In this document: one piece after another, positions 25,480 through 38,151 of the stretch
Layout: each line of letters begins with the position of its first letter
Numbering within the stretch: the first letter of the stretch is position 1
Notes under the pieces: model-generated
Told to the model about the DNA's origin: nothing
Seen by the model: only the letters and a program-made list of their open reading frames with translations
The model's database searches: none
From: Tubulanus polymorphus
Taxonomy: Eukaryota > Animalia > Nemertea
Assembly (NCBI RefSeq): GCF_964204645.1
Contig: NC_134030.1
Coordinates: 17,236,110-17,300,109 of the forward strand
Direction: 5' to 3'
Length of the DNA stretch: 64,000 nt
Translations under genes and position numbers: made by a program

Positions 25480-27304
25480 GCTACAAAAATTCTCGCATGC
25501 TCATAACCTCATAACCTCATCCCGTCCTGCCAAATAGGTTTCAGGAAAAATGCACGTACTGCTGACCACATTCTGACTCTCAAAGCTATCATAGACAAAT
25601 ATATTAGCAAAACGTGCAAAGGACGTCTGTATTGCTGTTTTGTAGATTTCAAGGCTGCATTCGACTCAGTCCACCGGAAAGCCCTTCTGTATAAATTGTT
25701 GAAGCTAGGAGTCGGCTGCAACTTTTTATCAGTACTGGAAAGCCTATTTTCTAATATCTTTTATTCAATCAAAAATGACAATCTCTGCAGTCCCCCTATC
25801 TCCTCCAAAGTCGGTGTTAAACAAGGCTGCGTTCTCAGCCCCCTTCTCTTTAACCTCTTCATACACGATCTCCCAATAGCTCTAGAAAACTGTGACCCAA
25901 TCTCTCTCTCCGATGTCAATATTAATTGCCTTTTATATGCTGATGACCTCGTCATAATATCTAAATCTGCCTCAGGCCTCCAGGCATCTCAAAACTCCAC
26001 TCCTACTGCCTCGAATGGGGTCTTGCTATCAACTTGAACAAGACCAAAGTCTTTGTATTCAACAAAAGCGGCCGCCTTCTAAAAAATCAAACATTTCACC
26101 TTAATAACGTACCCATTGAAAACGTAAGCTCGTATTGCTATCTTGGTATTGTATTTAGTATATCTGGCAAGTTTAAGAACGCCTGCGACAGACTTGTCGA
26201 GCTCGCTAATAAGGCCTTATTCAGTGTCAAATCCCTAAACACTCGTGATAATATCACAACTTCCCTCAAACTCTTCAACATGTTAGTACTACCTATCCTC
26301 ACTTATGGTTGGGAAGTATGGGGGTCATTCTTTCTTTCTAAAATTGATGAAAACAACTTTCTCGCTATATGTCATTCCCTCCCTGCAGAAAAAACAGCCC
26401 TAAACTTCTACAAATTCATTCTAGGTGTAAACAGGAAAACCTCAAATGCGGCAACCAGAGGAGAACTTGGCCGGTTTCCCATTCTCCTGTCTGTCATCCC
26501 TCAGCTTATTAATTATTGGTTCTGTATATGCAAACTCTCCCCCTCCACTCTCATTAGGAAAGCATATATTGACTGCCTGAGTAACTCAACTGTTAACTGG
26601 TGCTCGGGCATCAAATCCATACTTGACTGCCTCAATCTTGAGAATACCTGGCTGAACCAAGGCTTCAGTCTCCGACCGAGCACAATAAGAACTCTAAAAC
26701 TACAGTCACAACGCCTTTACTCAGACAAATGGCTCCAATTCATCAACGACCCCTCCAATTCTAAACTCCGTAGTTATAAACTTTTCAAAACTGCATTCTA
26801 CACGGAAAATTACATTATGTCCCAGCCCCTCTACATTAGACGGCAATTCACAAAATGATCTAGCTACCTTTCGTCACAACTCTAATTGAACACAGATACA
26901 GATACCGCTTACTCTGGGTTGAGTGGACTATATAGATACACATGTATGTGTGTGTATATGTGGATGTATACGTATATGTGTATGTATGTATATTTGTATG
27001 TATGTATGTGTATGTATATGTATATATTCATTGTAAGTTTGTATATAGGCTGTAGTTAATAAATGTCTAATACTCTTATCCTACTCCATTCATGATACTG
27101 TATATATGTTTATAGCCTATTCTCTGTTACATTAATTATGTTAAAATTTCCTTCTAAACTGCTCCATTATACTGTATTATTTTTGTTTTTTTTCTATTCT
27201 CCATGTTTCTTGTTTTTCTGTCCACTTTATTGAAAATGTCAATCCAATGATGTATATGTTGAACATTAAGGATCGATAAAGTTATTTTGAATTTGAATTT
27301 GAAT
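25480..27304 (+). mobile_element. 5'-truncated non-LTR retrotransposon (RTEX/CR1-group RT), frameshifted
   Basis: QIGFR, CFVDFKAAFDSV, GVKQGCVLSPLLFN, LLYADD and NKTK motifs. The 3' UTR has a (TATG)n tract and ends in a (TTTGAA)n tail. Confidence 0.9.
26935..27028. repeat. (TATG/TG)n microsatellite in the LINE 3' UTR
   Basis: Direct reading. Confidence 0.9.
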
Positions 27305-28446
27305 GGTACATGGTACACGTCTCGTTAATGCAACGATTTCGCTGGAAAGAATACAATAATACGCGGAAATGCGTTGTCCTTAGTTACCTCGGCGCGTAAC
27401 GGTCAAAATGTCTCCCCTTCGCATTTTCCTATTAAAAAAGGTCAAACGCCAAGAACTGTCATTCAAATTCTATTAAATCTACGGCGTTCAATGATTGGTT
27501 CTTGGTTAGAGTTTAACCCCGCCTACAAAGTTACATTTTGATGACGCGATATTTTGATGACGTAGCTGTCAGATTGGCAGCAGACGCTATAACTATATAA
27601 TCCATTGGTATCTTTTCTGAGCAGGGTCTCGAAGGCAAGCATAATTCCGTAAATGCAGATGTGATTTCCTTCTGCAGATTTTGAAATACAACGAAGCGAG
27701 CGGCACTTATATTCAATTCTAAACACCTTCGGAGGTTTTCTTGCCAATCAGCTCAAACGGGAAAGTTGCAGTAAATTCGATCCAAAACATGATGCATCTT
27801 ATCTGAAATAAAAAATGAATGTGAATAAAACAAAAAACAATCATGCAAACTGATTTTTCGATCAAAAGACAATCATGCAAACTGTAATTATATCAATCAA
27901 ATGAAAATCATGTGAATTCAAATTATTAATCAAAGTAAATATCAAATTGAAAAAAATGTATATGTTATTTTGGTGACAAAATCTGCTGCATTTAAAGTGA
28001 TGGTGATGGAAATACATTGCCAAGCGTTATCACTCAGTCCACAGCGTATGACAATGAAATGATACATTAAGGTATTTATCTAAAATCTAAACCCTACTAA
28101 ACATAATTTAACTCATCATTTACTTAATCTCACAGAAATCCTAATTCAACATGTGTCTTAAATGACCGTGTAAACAACAATCAAATATCAAGACTATTAG
28201 TTAGAACGTTGATATTTACCTACAAACCTTTCTCCCTTAAAATGCTGAAAAATACGAAAAAGTGCTGATTCAGCAACAACAGCAGCAGACATTGGTTGTA
28301 TAATCATTTGTTTTCAAGTCCAGCCTTGCGTCTGCCAAACGAACTTTTCTTTTATTTCCATCACTCTTTCCATTTACCTATAGATAACAAATGTTTGGCA
28401 ATGTATTTTGCATGGAACCGATACCTTACTTTTGTAAATATTATAA

Positions 28447-28636
28447 ATAGTCAACACAAGTGTAAATATTGTAAATAATTACAGAGGAATAAGACTGTGT
28501 ATAGTCAACACAAGTATAAATACTGTAAATTATTACACGGGAATAAGACTGTGTATAGTCAACACAAGTGTAAATATTGTAAATTATTTCACAGGAATAA
28601 GACTGTGTATAGTCAACACAAGTGTAAATATTGTAA
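28447..28636. repeat. 54-bp tandem repeat x3.5
   Basis: ATAGTCAACACAAGTGTAAATATTGTAAAT...GGAATAAGACTGTGT units starting near 28447, 28501, 28555 and 28609. Confidence 0.9.
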
Positions 28637-30267
28637 TTACTAAACTGTGATTGAATTATAAAAGAATATCTTAATATTGTTGATTTACATGAGAAAATAT
28701 TGATTTATTTGTTATTGATAATAATATGTTGACTTCTTATTTATTGACAAAATAAATGTTTATCCTATTTTATTTATCATACCAATTCAATCAATCTCAT
28801 CGTTGTTACTGCTACTCATCAACATCATCTTTCGAGGAATCTGTTACTTCTCCCTGAAAAATTTAAAGGATTCGCATCATAGCCTATCATGGGCTTATTT
28901 CATTAAGGATCACAAGCAATGATGGATTACAGCAAATAAACCGGTGCCATATTCTGAGGAATGATAGTTTCTATTCTTTTTAGGATGAAATAAATTTCAA
29001 CAGAGTAGTTATGCCAAAAAAGATTAGGCTTAGGCACATGTCGACTGAATCAGGAAGCACCTCTCTATAGCCTAGGCCATATTTCAAGAAAATGATCTAA
29101 ACATGCAATTAATCACCAGAAAAAGGCACGAAATAATAAAATGAAGCATTTGATGCCATGTGAAAAAGCGTATTTAGACGATGTTAATCGATTACGGTCA
29201 TGAAAATTGAGATGGCCTAACTTTGGGTGCATCTTTCAAATTCGCGAAATTTTTTTTTAATTTCTGGCATTTTTCGACGATTTAAACACAGACAGCTGAC
29301 CTAAATATCTGAATTCGACGAGAAATTAGTATTGCGTTTGATAAATATCAATAATTACCTGCAGAAGCATCGATGATAACCAAAATAGATGTTTTAATCG
29401 GGAAAAATCGGTCCTCACTTCAAATTCGTGGCGGCGGCCATTTTGAATAATTAGCAAATGACGTCACACGCGATGACGTCACGGAATCGGGAATTTCTTC
29501 CACATTAACGAGACGCGGGTAGGACACAATTTCTCCAACCGATACGTGAGTGATAGTGTACGCTACGGTATAAGTGCAGATCCGTACCTCTCCGCTAGCT
29601 ATATCCATAAAAAATTCAAATAGCTCCAATCTTACTGAAAGAAAGCTTGTTGGAATGGGAAGGGCTCAAATAACAATATGCTTTTTAAATTTTTGAATTA
29701 TCTTCAGTAGTTTTCGAGATATCGCAAATTGAAGTTTGAAAATTTGAGCGAAAAGTGTCTTCATGTTTCAATACACAAAAACTGTGATCTAAGAAGGCAA
29801 TAATTCATGTAAACAAACTTCAATATCTCTTAAACTAAAAGAGATAGACTAGAAATTTAAAGAGCAATACACTCATAGCACTTTCAGGTGACAGTTGAAA
29901 GACCCAAAATTTGTATCTAATTCCAAATGCCTATGGTTTCCATGGAAACCAGCCGAAAAATGGTAAAATAATGAAAATATCGATGTTAGATCAAAAGTTA
30001 TGATGTAGAAAGGGGATAGAATAACTAGTTATCAATAGTTTATGTTTGCCCTAAGTTTATATAGGAATATCTATTATTATATAGATTATTATTATTAGGT
30101 TTCCATGGTAACGGCAAGAAAAAATTTGAAATATTGAGAAATATTGATATGATTTCAGATGAAATTATTTTTTTCGCTACATAATTTTTGAAATGAATAA
30201 ACATGATTATCAAGGCCTGTCAGTTAGGTCTATAGCCATAGGCTCCTATTGCAAATTGATTTAAATA

Positions 30268-30875
30268 CCGTATTTTCCGGCCAATAAGCCGAGGGCAGTT
30301 TTTTAGCCTAAAATACATGGATTTCATAAAGCTTCGCCCAATAAGCCGAGGCCCTCCATCAGAGATTTTAATTCACTGATTTGTCAATTAGTTCATCTTA
30401 ATTGACGATTTAAGAGGCTGCCAGTAGCGCCCGCCGATGTGTGAGAGTGCTGTGTATACTATCATCGCCGAGTGACTGTGCTATATATAGACTCACTCAG
30501 CTGATTACTATACACACAGCCATACACGCAGTACGCGGCTCACTGCTGATTTGCATATATACTAATGTATGAACTGACACGTGGTAGTACGATGAACTCG
30601 CGCGTTATATAAATGTATACCATTGCCGCTGTGCGGTGATGGAACAATCAAAGTAAAAATAAAATAGTTCAAAATAGATTATAATTGGTAGTAAATAATT
30701 ACCTCAAATAAATATCGACCACTTTTCTTGATTTTGACGATCATTGAGAGCATTAGAGTGGCATAGATCGGGAAGTGATTTTTTATGTCAGATCGTATCC
30801 GCCCAATAAGCCGATCACGATATTTTGGGTAAAAATCTGAGGCTAGAAAATCGGCTTATTGGCCGGAAAATACGG
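30268..30875. mobile_element. Tc1/mariner (pogo-type) MITE
   Basis: Perfect 25-bp TIR CCGTATTTTCCGGCCAATAAGCCGA, TA TSD, internal CCCAATAAGCCGA repeats. Confidence 0.9.
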
Positions 30876-32210
30876 TATACCAATTTTATATACTATTTGC
30901 TAAATGAATTTTAGTTAAGAAAAGCAGAAAATTAGGCTTGGCCTAGCTCAAAACGCTGAAATTTGAAATATATTCATGACATCATAATAAAATCAATCAG
31001 TTTAGAAACATAAACCAAGCAATAGTAATAATACTACTAACAATAACTAAATAATAATCCATTTGTTTTGTTTTGAGCTAAATTTAAACAATATTTTATA
31101 TATATTTCAATTTTGCTGTCCCATCACGCGCCTCTATTTTTGCCCGTCACAAGCCTCAATTCATCCCATTAGACGCCTCCCTCTTTCAACAGCCGCTTTA
31201 CCTACGGGTGCGTAGTGGCGATCCGCGCGCAAAAAAAAAATTATTTTGCCGATCATTTCGCGAAATCTGTCCTAATATTCAGAAATATAGTGATGAATAA
31301 TTATGAATCGGAAAATAAATACAATAATTCACCGCTAGAACGATGAATAATTGTTGAATATTGATCTCATCACGAGCAGCGCGGCGCGTCGTCATTCAAT
31401 AACAAGTGCCGGCCGCCATTTTGTATCGCTCGCTTCAACGCAAAACTTAGACATCGACTTTTCCGGCAGCGATCGCTCAGCCCCCACACGAAATAAAATC
31501 ATGCGGTCTTCAGTATTTGAATTTTAAGATCCTAAACCTTCCGATTCCTGATGATTCGTCGCTTATTCCGGGTCCTAAGCTGACGAATTTTGCTCTTGAA
31601 AAAGGGTATATTTCGATTTCTATTTTCTTCGGCTAAAATGCGGATTTATACATTAAACCAACCCCCAAGTGATAAAGTAGGTACGCAACAATCTGTGTGT
31701 GTAGCAGTGTCGACAGTCACGAGTTGTGTGTGACCCGATTTTACCAGCATAATTTTGAACACCCTCCACCCCTTTTTTAATAGTAAACTGGCCTGTAGAC
31801 ATAATGAGGTAACGTAGAAGCATTTGTGACGCCGTTTTGATGACGTACAGCCTCGTTTTCGAATTTTGAAAATCAATGGAAAATTTCCAGGAAAATTTTT
31901 TCGCGATCGAAATACTGTCATTTTGGATTAAAAAATCAGCATCAAGGTAAGATTTTTTCACTTTCAAACCGTTTTCTTTGATTTTATTGACATGTTTTGG
32001 ATTAAATCTGATAGTTTAAGAAAATTTTATCGATTAGAAATGATTTTATATCGACCGGGACTGACCGAGTCGTCGTAACCAAACCCGGAAGTGAAATTAT
32101 GAATGGTTCCGACGTTGTATTTTACACCAACTTTAAGGGCACTTCGACGATTGTATTCCCTTTCAAATGATTTTGAATGTATACATTATGATTTTATTTC
32201 ATGTTTACTA

Positions 32211-33485
32211 ACTAGGGGTCCAGGGACACCATGCCCACTTGGGAAGTGGTTTCAAATGCTCAACAATCTAACAATTTCAATATTAAAAGCCCCCTAGTGA
32301 CCATTTACAAAAACCAATGACCTTAAAACTCACCACAATCATAGAACATGTCAGCAGCTACGATTTTGTAATTGATTGTGATAACAAAATATGTCTCGTT
32401 ACCAATTTAATATGGAAATACTAAGTCATTCTACTATTCAACGCCCCCTGGTGACCATATTCAAAACCCAATGACCTCGAAACTCACCACAATCATAGAA
32501 CATGTCATGAACTACAACTTTGCAATTGATTATGGTAACAAAATATGCCTAGGTACCAATATAATAAGGAAATACTAAGTTATTCTACTATTCAACGCCC
32601 CCTGGTGACCATATAGAAAAACTTATGTCCTTAAAACTCGCAACAATCATAGATGATGTCATGAGCTACAACTTTCCAATTGATTGTGGTTACAAAATAT
32701 TCATAGGTACGAATATAATAAAGAAATGCTAAGATATTGTATTATTCAACGCCCCCTGGTGGCCATATACGAATTCCAATTACCTTGAAACTCACCACAA
32801 TCATAGAACACGATATGAGCTACAACTTTCTAATCGATTGTGGTAGCAAAATACGCTTAGGTATCAATATAATGTGGAAAAACTTTTTCCCACTTACGAA
32901 TGAGTACTGGTGACACCAAAATGGCCGCCAATTGCGTCATAATTGGCTGATGAAAAATACCTGTCTCAGGTATAAAATATCCCTTTCCAAAGAACACCCA
33001 TCACAAATTGTAATAAGAAATGGTAAACCAGTAGGAAGCTACAGGACTCAGAATTCGGGCCAAAATTAACATTTTTGGGCACTAAAAAGGTCATAGGACG
33101 GCCATCTTGAGTCCGACCGACCCAATTTTTGTTATGTTGATGGGCCCTGGGGGGATTCACATATATCCGAAAGATCAAGGTAATTGATCAAAGCGGCTTC
33201 AAAATTTCCCTCAAAAAGTTCAAAAATGTGTAAAAAGTGCTGATTTTAGCGAACAACAATGGCTGCCAGTCGGCCATCTTGATTCTGACAGGGCCAGTTT
33301 TTGGGCTGAAGATGTGTCTAGGGTAGATACATGTGTAACCCAAATATCAAGACGCTACCTTGAAGCATCTTCAAAACTTCCCAAAATAACTGGATTCCGT
33401 CTACGGACGGACGGACGGACGAACGGACGACGGACGAAAAGTGAACGCAATAGCCCGCTGGGACTAAAGTCCCAAGTGGGCTAAA
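32211..33485 (-). mobile_element. HINE-A full-length copy (DINE-1/HINE architecture)
   Basis: Minus strand: TTTTTAGCCCACTTGGGA 5' hairpin, (CCGT)n microsatellite, ~4.5 x ~154-bp tandem units, 3' subTIR TCCCAAGTGGGC, GGTGTCC-CT-GGACCCC hairpin and CTAGT end. Confidence 0.85.
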
Positions 33486-33679
33486 AAGTATACTTTGTTT
33501 TGTAATCTGGTTTAGGTGTAATATGCCAGAGAAAACACCTAATTAAAACATTTTTGATCACGTGACTTCTAAGTTACGTCGCTGATTGGTAGAGCAGTTT
33601 TGTTTTGTCAACAAACAAGCACGTGGCTTTATTATTTTGACAAGCAAAGGTAAATAATGTGGTTTTTTTTAATTTTTAG

Positions 33680-34535
33680 ATGGCTCCTAGCAAGAAAAAC
33701 AATCGTAAGGCACCACCACCCTCCAAGCCTGGAATTCTGAAATCATTTTTGTCGTCATATTATGCAGATATCACCAGCTGAGGCTGAAATAGAACAGTTT
33801 AAACTATTTATGACCTCATGTTTGAATACAATCATAGTTGTTTTGCGGCGGCAATATGAACGTTACCTGCAAATGGAGGTGACGGAAAAAATGAAGGCAG
33901 AAACGAAAAGTGCTAGATCCCACAATATTGACGCAGAGGAAATTATGGGCATGTTCAGTGCTGCTCTTAAACGGTCAACTAATGCTACTGTTTGTTTCCT
34001 GACTTCAAAGATAAGAGCTCAAAAAAACACAACGATGACATACCTGAACAATTTTCCAGCTGAAAAAAAAGCATATCATGTCTACGGAGCTATAACATTT
34101 GGTCGTAAAAAACGTAACCAGAGGCGTCAAGGCCAGAAAGATCTAGCAGTTGACATCCAACACAGAAACAATGTTAAGTCTGCTAAGAAGGAGCAAAGGG
34201 AACGAAACAAAGTTGAGAAGATAATTAGAAACCTGGATCTATCAAATGTTTCAAAGGACTTCCCTGATATTGATGAGGTGACCGAACAAAATTTAATTGA
34301 TATTTTGGATGGCTCTGCAGTTGGTCGAATTATAGGTCATAATTGGTTGGACGCAAACTCCAGAGTTGTAACCATGTACAAAGGAAAAATTAAGAAAATT
34401 AAGCAGAAAAATAGTCCTATGTTTCGTATAGGTTACTGGGATGAACATGGTGATTACGCTGATGCCGAGGACTACGATGTTTCGAGGTTTGAATTGGCTG
34501 CAGACCTGATGTGTGGTGACCTGCTTATGTATTAA
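33680..34535 (+). pseudogene. Transposase N-terminal stub fused out of frame to the C-terminal region
   Basis: MAPSKKNNRK.. at 33680 follows a splice acceptor. The 257-aa ORF carries SARSHNIDAEEIMGMFS..NAT..KIRAQKNTT and a C-terminal beta-barrel-like domain. Confidence 0.55.
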
Positions 34536-34575
34536 ATTAGTTGTATTTAGTTGTAAATAGCTGTATATAATAAGG

Positions 34576-34797
34576 TATGATCATATTTTCAAAGTATATG
34601 TTTGATAAGCTCTACACCGGCTTAACCATCGGGTCATAGGCCTACCTTGCATTGTCTCTTCCGGTTCATTAAACCTATATATTAATTATTATGATCATAT
34701 TTTCAAAGTATATGTTTGATAAGCTCTACACCGGCTTAACCATCGGGTCATACCTTGCATTGTCTCTTCCGGTTCATTAAACCTATATATTAATTAT
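34576..34797. repeat. ~110-bp tandem duplication
   Basis: TATGATCATATTTTCAAAG...ATTAATTATT occurs twice. Confidence 0.9.
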
Positions 34798-36137
34798 TGG
34801 TAAATCTATTAATTAACAATGAAGCAATGAGGGGAGATGGAATATTAATGTTTTAAACCATAGATAGTGAATAGATAGAGCATGCAATCATGCAATCATC
34901 TCTAAAAATAAAAAAGTTATGATGATTTATGTGAAAACTTATCGTTCAAAAGTCACGCTTATCCTATTGTTTTACATAATGAATCGCGTGCCGTAGGCCT
35001 AATTAGTCCGATTTTTAAATCTTGAAAAGTTCATAACTTTTTCATTTTTCAGGCTAGAGGGCAAACCCAGGTATCATTGAAAGGGTCTTTTAAAGCTCTT
35101 TCTATTGGTATATTCAAATTCCCTATTACTATTAGAGCATGTTCACTTTTAATTGTCACATACCTAGATAAAGATCGATCTTATTGGTTGATTCCAAAAG
35201 ATTTTAGCTCATTTGCATTGATAGACAGGTTTTATGAATGATTTTACTACACGATGTCAAAACGCGTAGAAAAAAACGCGCATCACACTTTTCCTAATCA
35301 ATAATGGTTGTCACAATCAATCGATAGTGGCGCCCCGCGCGGGCATGAACATACCTATCTCCGCGTAAATGGTTCAATCAATTAGGCCCTACATTAAATA
35401 TCAATGTTTCAGATTCTAAATTCAGCAATCCAGTACATTGCCCTTTGTTAATTATAAGATATTTTCACTAGAAAGATTTTAGCCTGGATTCTGTCATTCA
35501 GCAGATTGCGTCAATCACGAGAGGTGCGGGTCTGCACTTTTAACTAAACACAGATACACTAGGCCTATCAAAATCCTCAGGAACTGTTTCCCAAGCCCAA
35601 CGGTGTCTGTGCTGTATTACATACCCTTGTCTTTCCAATTGTTCGATCCTTCCGCTTCTTTCCTGCCCGCCATTTCATGCATAACCAGGTGTTTATGGTG
35701 CGATTGTGCTAAACCGTAGCCGTGAGAAAAAAAACATGCCGCTCAAACACGGTTCGAATCCCACATTAAATATTCAATTCAAATCGACATATCTTTATTC
35801 CAGCGTACGATCTTTTCGTAGCAACGGTAGACACTCTTGAAAACCAATTTATCAGATGTGGAAAAATTCAGCCATCTGAAGTCCCATCTACAACTGAGGC
35901 CATGAACGATATATGATCGTAAAGAAATCCTCACGTGTGTTGAGTTTATACGTCAGATGGAATATTTTCAATCAAATTTAGTTTATTTTATATTCGTCGA
36001 TTCAGTTACAGATTTATTTTGTTGCATGTTTTTGGCGCGTACACGCCCTCTGTAATTCGGGCATTCATAACTTAGCTTTGGATCATGGTTCCCGAAACAA
36101 GAAATAAGCTGCCAAATTCTTCTGTGAGTATAATATT

Positions 36138-36495
36138 AAACAAAACATTAAAAGTAATTAAAAACTATAATATATTTTCATAACCGTGTGTATTTCAGTT
36201 GAATAATAGAATAATTATTATCATTTGAATATATTTGATTATATGAATTTGTGTATTGTAAATAAATCAATTGGTCGCGGAGCGGAGCGGTAGCGAAGTG
36301 GAGCGACCAATTGATTTAATACAATATGCTTTTTAGATTATTGATATCTTAGAATGATAATAATTATTCTATTATTCAACTGAAATACACACGGTTATGA
36401 AAATATATTATAGTTTTTAATTACTTTTAATGTTTTGTTTTTTAATGAGCTCGACCCTTCGACCTTTGATCTGAAAGCCCATTACCCCTATAACT
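36138..36495. repeat. Polinton-like element 1, second terminus (fold-back TIR, inner end truncated)
   Basis: Nearly identical to 46000-46303 apart from a ~55-bp inner hairpin. Ends CCCCTATAACT, followed by the TSD GATGAC. Confidence 0.85.
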
Positions 36496-36965
36496 GATGA
36501 CATCTAGTCCACCTCATAGTATTTTTAATAATCATAGCGCTTTTGTGATAGAGACGAAACGAGAGATGCAGAAAAATTTCAACCGAGCTCGCGAATTGAT
36601 CGGCAAGAGGGCTATACGTAATAAGCGGAATTATGACGTTAAATCCAATGATGACCATAAATTTAACATTGATGACTTAGAATTGATGACTGGTTTTTTT
36701 TTGTCCCGCAATTAAACCGGGATCTTGTCAAAAACTAGCTTGTCAGTGGCGAGGGCCATGCAAAATCGTTGAAATTTTTAACGATGTTATCTACAAAATC
36801 CGACTTCCTAATGACCGTATCTCTGTCGTTCACGTTGACAGACTGAAAATCTATGTAGGGCAATGTAATGATGTACCGGTAGACGAACCTGTAGAGAACC
36901 CCAACCACACCAGATCCGGAAGACGTATTAAGTCTCCAGAATTCTTCGGTGACTGGACTTCTTAG
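36496..36965 (+). pseudogene. Gypsy integrase C-terminal part (displaced and inverted)
   Basis: Continues ..LPVDLMT from 46304(-) as MTSSPP..RARE..KRNYD, then KL..WRGPCKIV..VIYKI..VVHVDRLK (GPY/F-like module). Confidence 0.8.
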
Positions 36966-37016
36966 ATGTCACTTTTTAACTAAGACGAAGCCTGTTTATT
37001 TTATATCTTTCAGAAG

Positions 37017-37772
37017 ATGAAGTGCTCTATTCAAAGTGTTGTGAAATCGAGACGGCCTATCTATACAGCACCGCGAAAAGGGGATGGCTGGAGGTGTCAT
37101 ATCTGTCACAAAATGTTTAGTGAATCTACGAATAAACGACGTCATTCGCACACTTGTCAGAGACGGGCAGAAGAGAGGGATAAAGAGAATAAAGTTATAG
37201 TGTTTGCGTGCTTGTTATGCGAAACTGTCATGGACGATCGCGAATTATTAGTTCGCCATATTGAAACGAATCATCCTTCTACATGGAAGAATAACGGAAA
37301 CCGTCCGCGTGGGCTCATTAAAGCAACCGAAAAGAAAAGAAGCGCAGAACCAAAATTCATCCCTGATGCCAATGTCACGATTCCCAAAACTGTTTCCGAC
37401 ACAACTGAACAATACTTACCAGTAGATATAATGGCAGATCTTCCGTCAACTGAAGAACTAACTAATCTCTCGTTTTTCGACGAACCAAAGTATCCTCTGA
37501 CCACTCAACCTTTAGAAACACCGAAACCGAAGAACATTTTACCACCCTCTTTATCACTTCTACCAAACGACGAACCTACAAAGAAACTTCAATCGAATTA
37601 TAAGCTCATCCCACTTGATTCAACTGCGAAGTTACCTGATCCTCGCCAGAAAATTATCCATCGACATGAGATGTTCGACAGTGTCATCACCATCGAGTCC
37701 TCTTCGGCTGCTGAAATTCAATGTTTATTCTGCAATATCATCCGAGAAAAATTAAATTCAGGATCCCTGTAA
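37017..37772 (+). CDS. Gypsy accessory ORF with two zinc-finger motifs (may be truncated at the 3' end)
   Basis: CHICHKMF..KRRHSHTC and CLLCETV..LVRHIETNH. Lies directly after pol and is preceded by a TTTCAG acceptor. Confidence 0.55.
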   Translation: MKCSIQSVVKSRRPIYTAPRKGDGWRCHICHKMFSESTNKRRHSHTCQRRAEERDKENKVIVFACLLCETVMDDRELLVRHIETNHPSTWKNNGNRPRGLIKATEKKRSAEPKFIPDANVTIPKTVSDTTEQYLPVDIMADLPSTEELTNLSFFDEPKYPLTTQPLETPKPKNILPPSLSLLPNDEPTKKLQSNYKLIPLDSTAKLPDPRQKIIHRHEMFDSVITIESSSAAEIQCLFCNIIREKLNSGSL

Positions 37773-38151
37773 GGTTATAGAAATTAAAAATAGGCGTTCA
37801 TAGCCCTGATAGGTTTTTCTAATTTTGATAAAATAAAGTGTCTATCAGGGCTATGAACGCCTATTTTTAACTTTTTGATGATTTTTTCTATCGAAGACAA
37901 TTCAAAATAATTATTATTTAATACGTCTAATTGTACAAATTAGAAATCAAAAAGATTTGAATAAAAAAACAATAAGTTACTTTATCTAATACTAACTTAT
38001 TTAACTTATTGTTTTTTTTATTCAAATCTTATAGCGAGAATAGAAATTAAAAAGATTTGAATAAAAAAACAATAAGTTACTTTATCTAATACTAACTTAT
38101 TTAACTTATTGTTTTTTTATTCAAATCTTTTTGATTTCTATTCGCGCTATT
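37772..38151. repeat. Rearrangement junction: templated copy of 39556-39682 plus a duplicated hairpin
   Basis: 37810-37935 equals 39556-39682, and 37785-37813 is an inverted piece of it. A hairpin with ~50-bp arms at 38031-38150 is partially duplicated at 37941-38030. Confidence 0.8.

Larger units (their letters stand above)
31680..35164 (+). mobile_element. Second unclassified TA-flanked TIR transposon, internally deleted, interrupted by HINE-A
   Basis: Ends GGTACGCAACAAT / ATTGTCACATACC (10/13 match). The right subterminal region resembles 25245-25444 (GCTTATCCTATTGTTTTAC, CATAACTTTTT, GGTATCATT, GCTCTTTCTA). Confidence 0.6.

Noticed and set aside
28447-28636. CRISPR-like periodic repeat
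   Set aside because: Head-to-tail 54-bp units without spacers.
27313-29520. Possible TIR element (CGTCTCGTTAATG inverted at ~27317 and ~29503)
   Set aside because: Only a 13-bp core match, discordant outer bases and no TSD; too weak to call.
35680-35765. Possible tRNA gene (GGTTCGAATCC B-box)
   Set aside because: No convincing cloverleaf or A-box.
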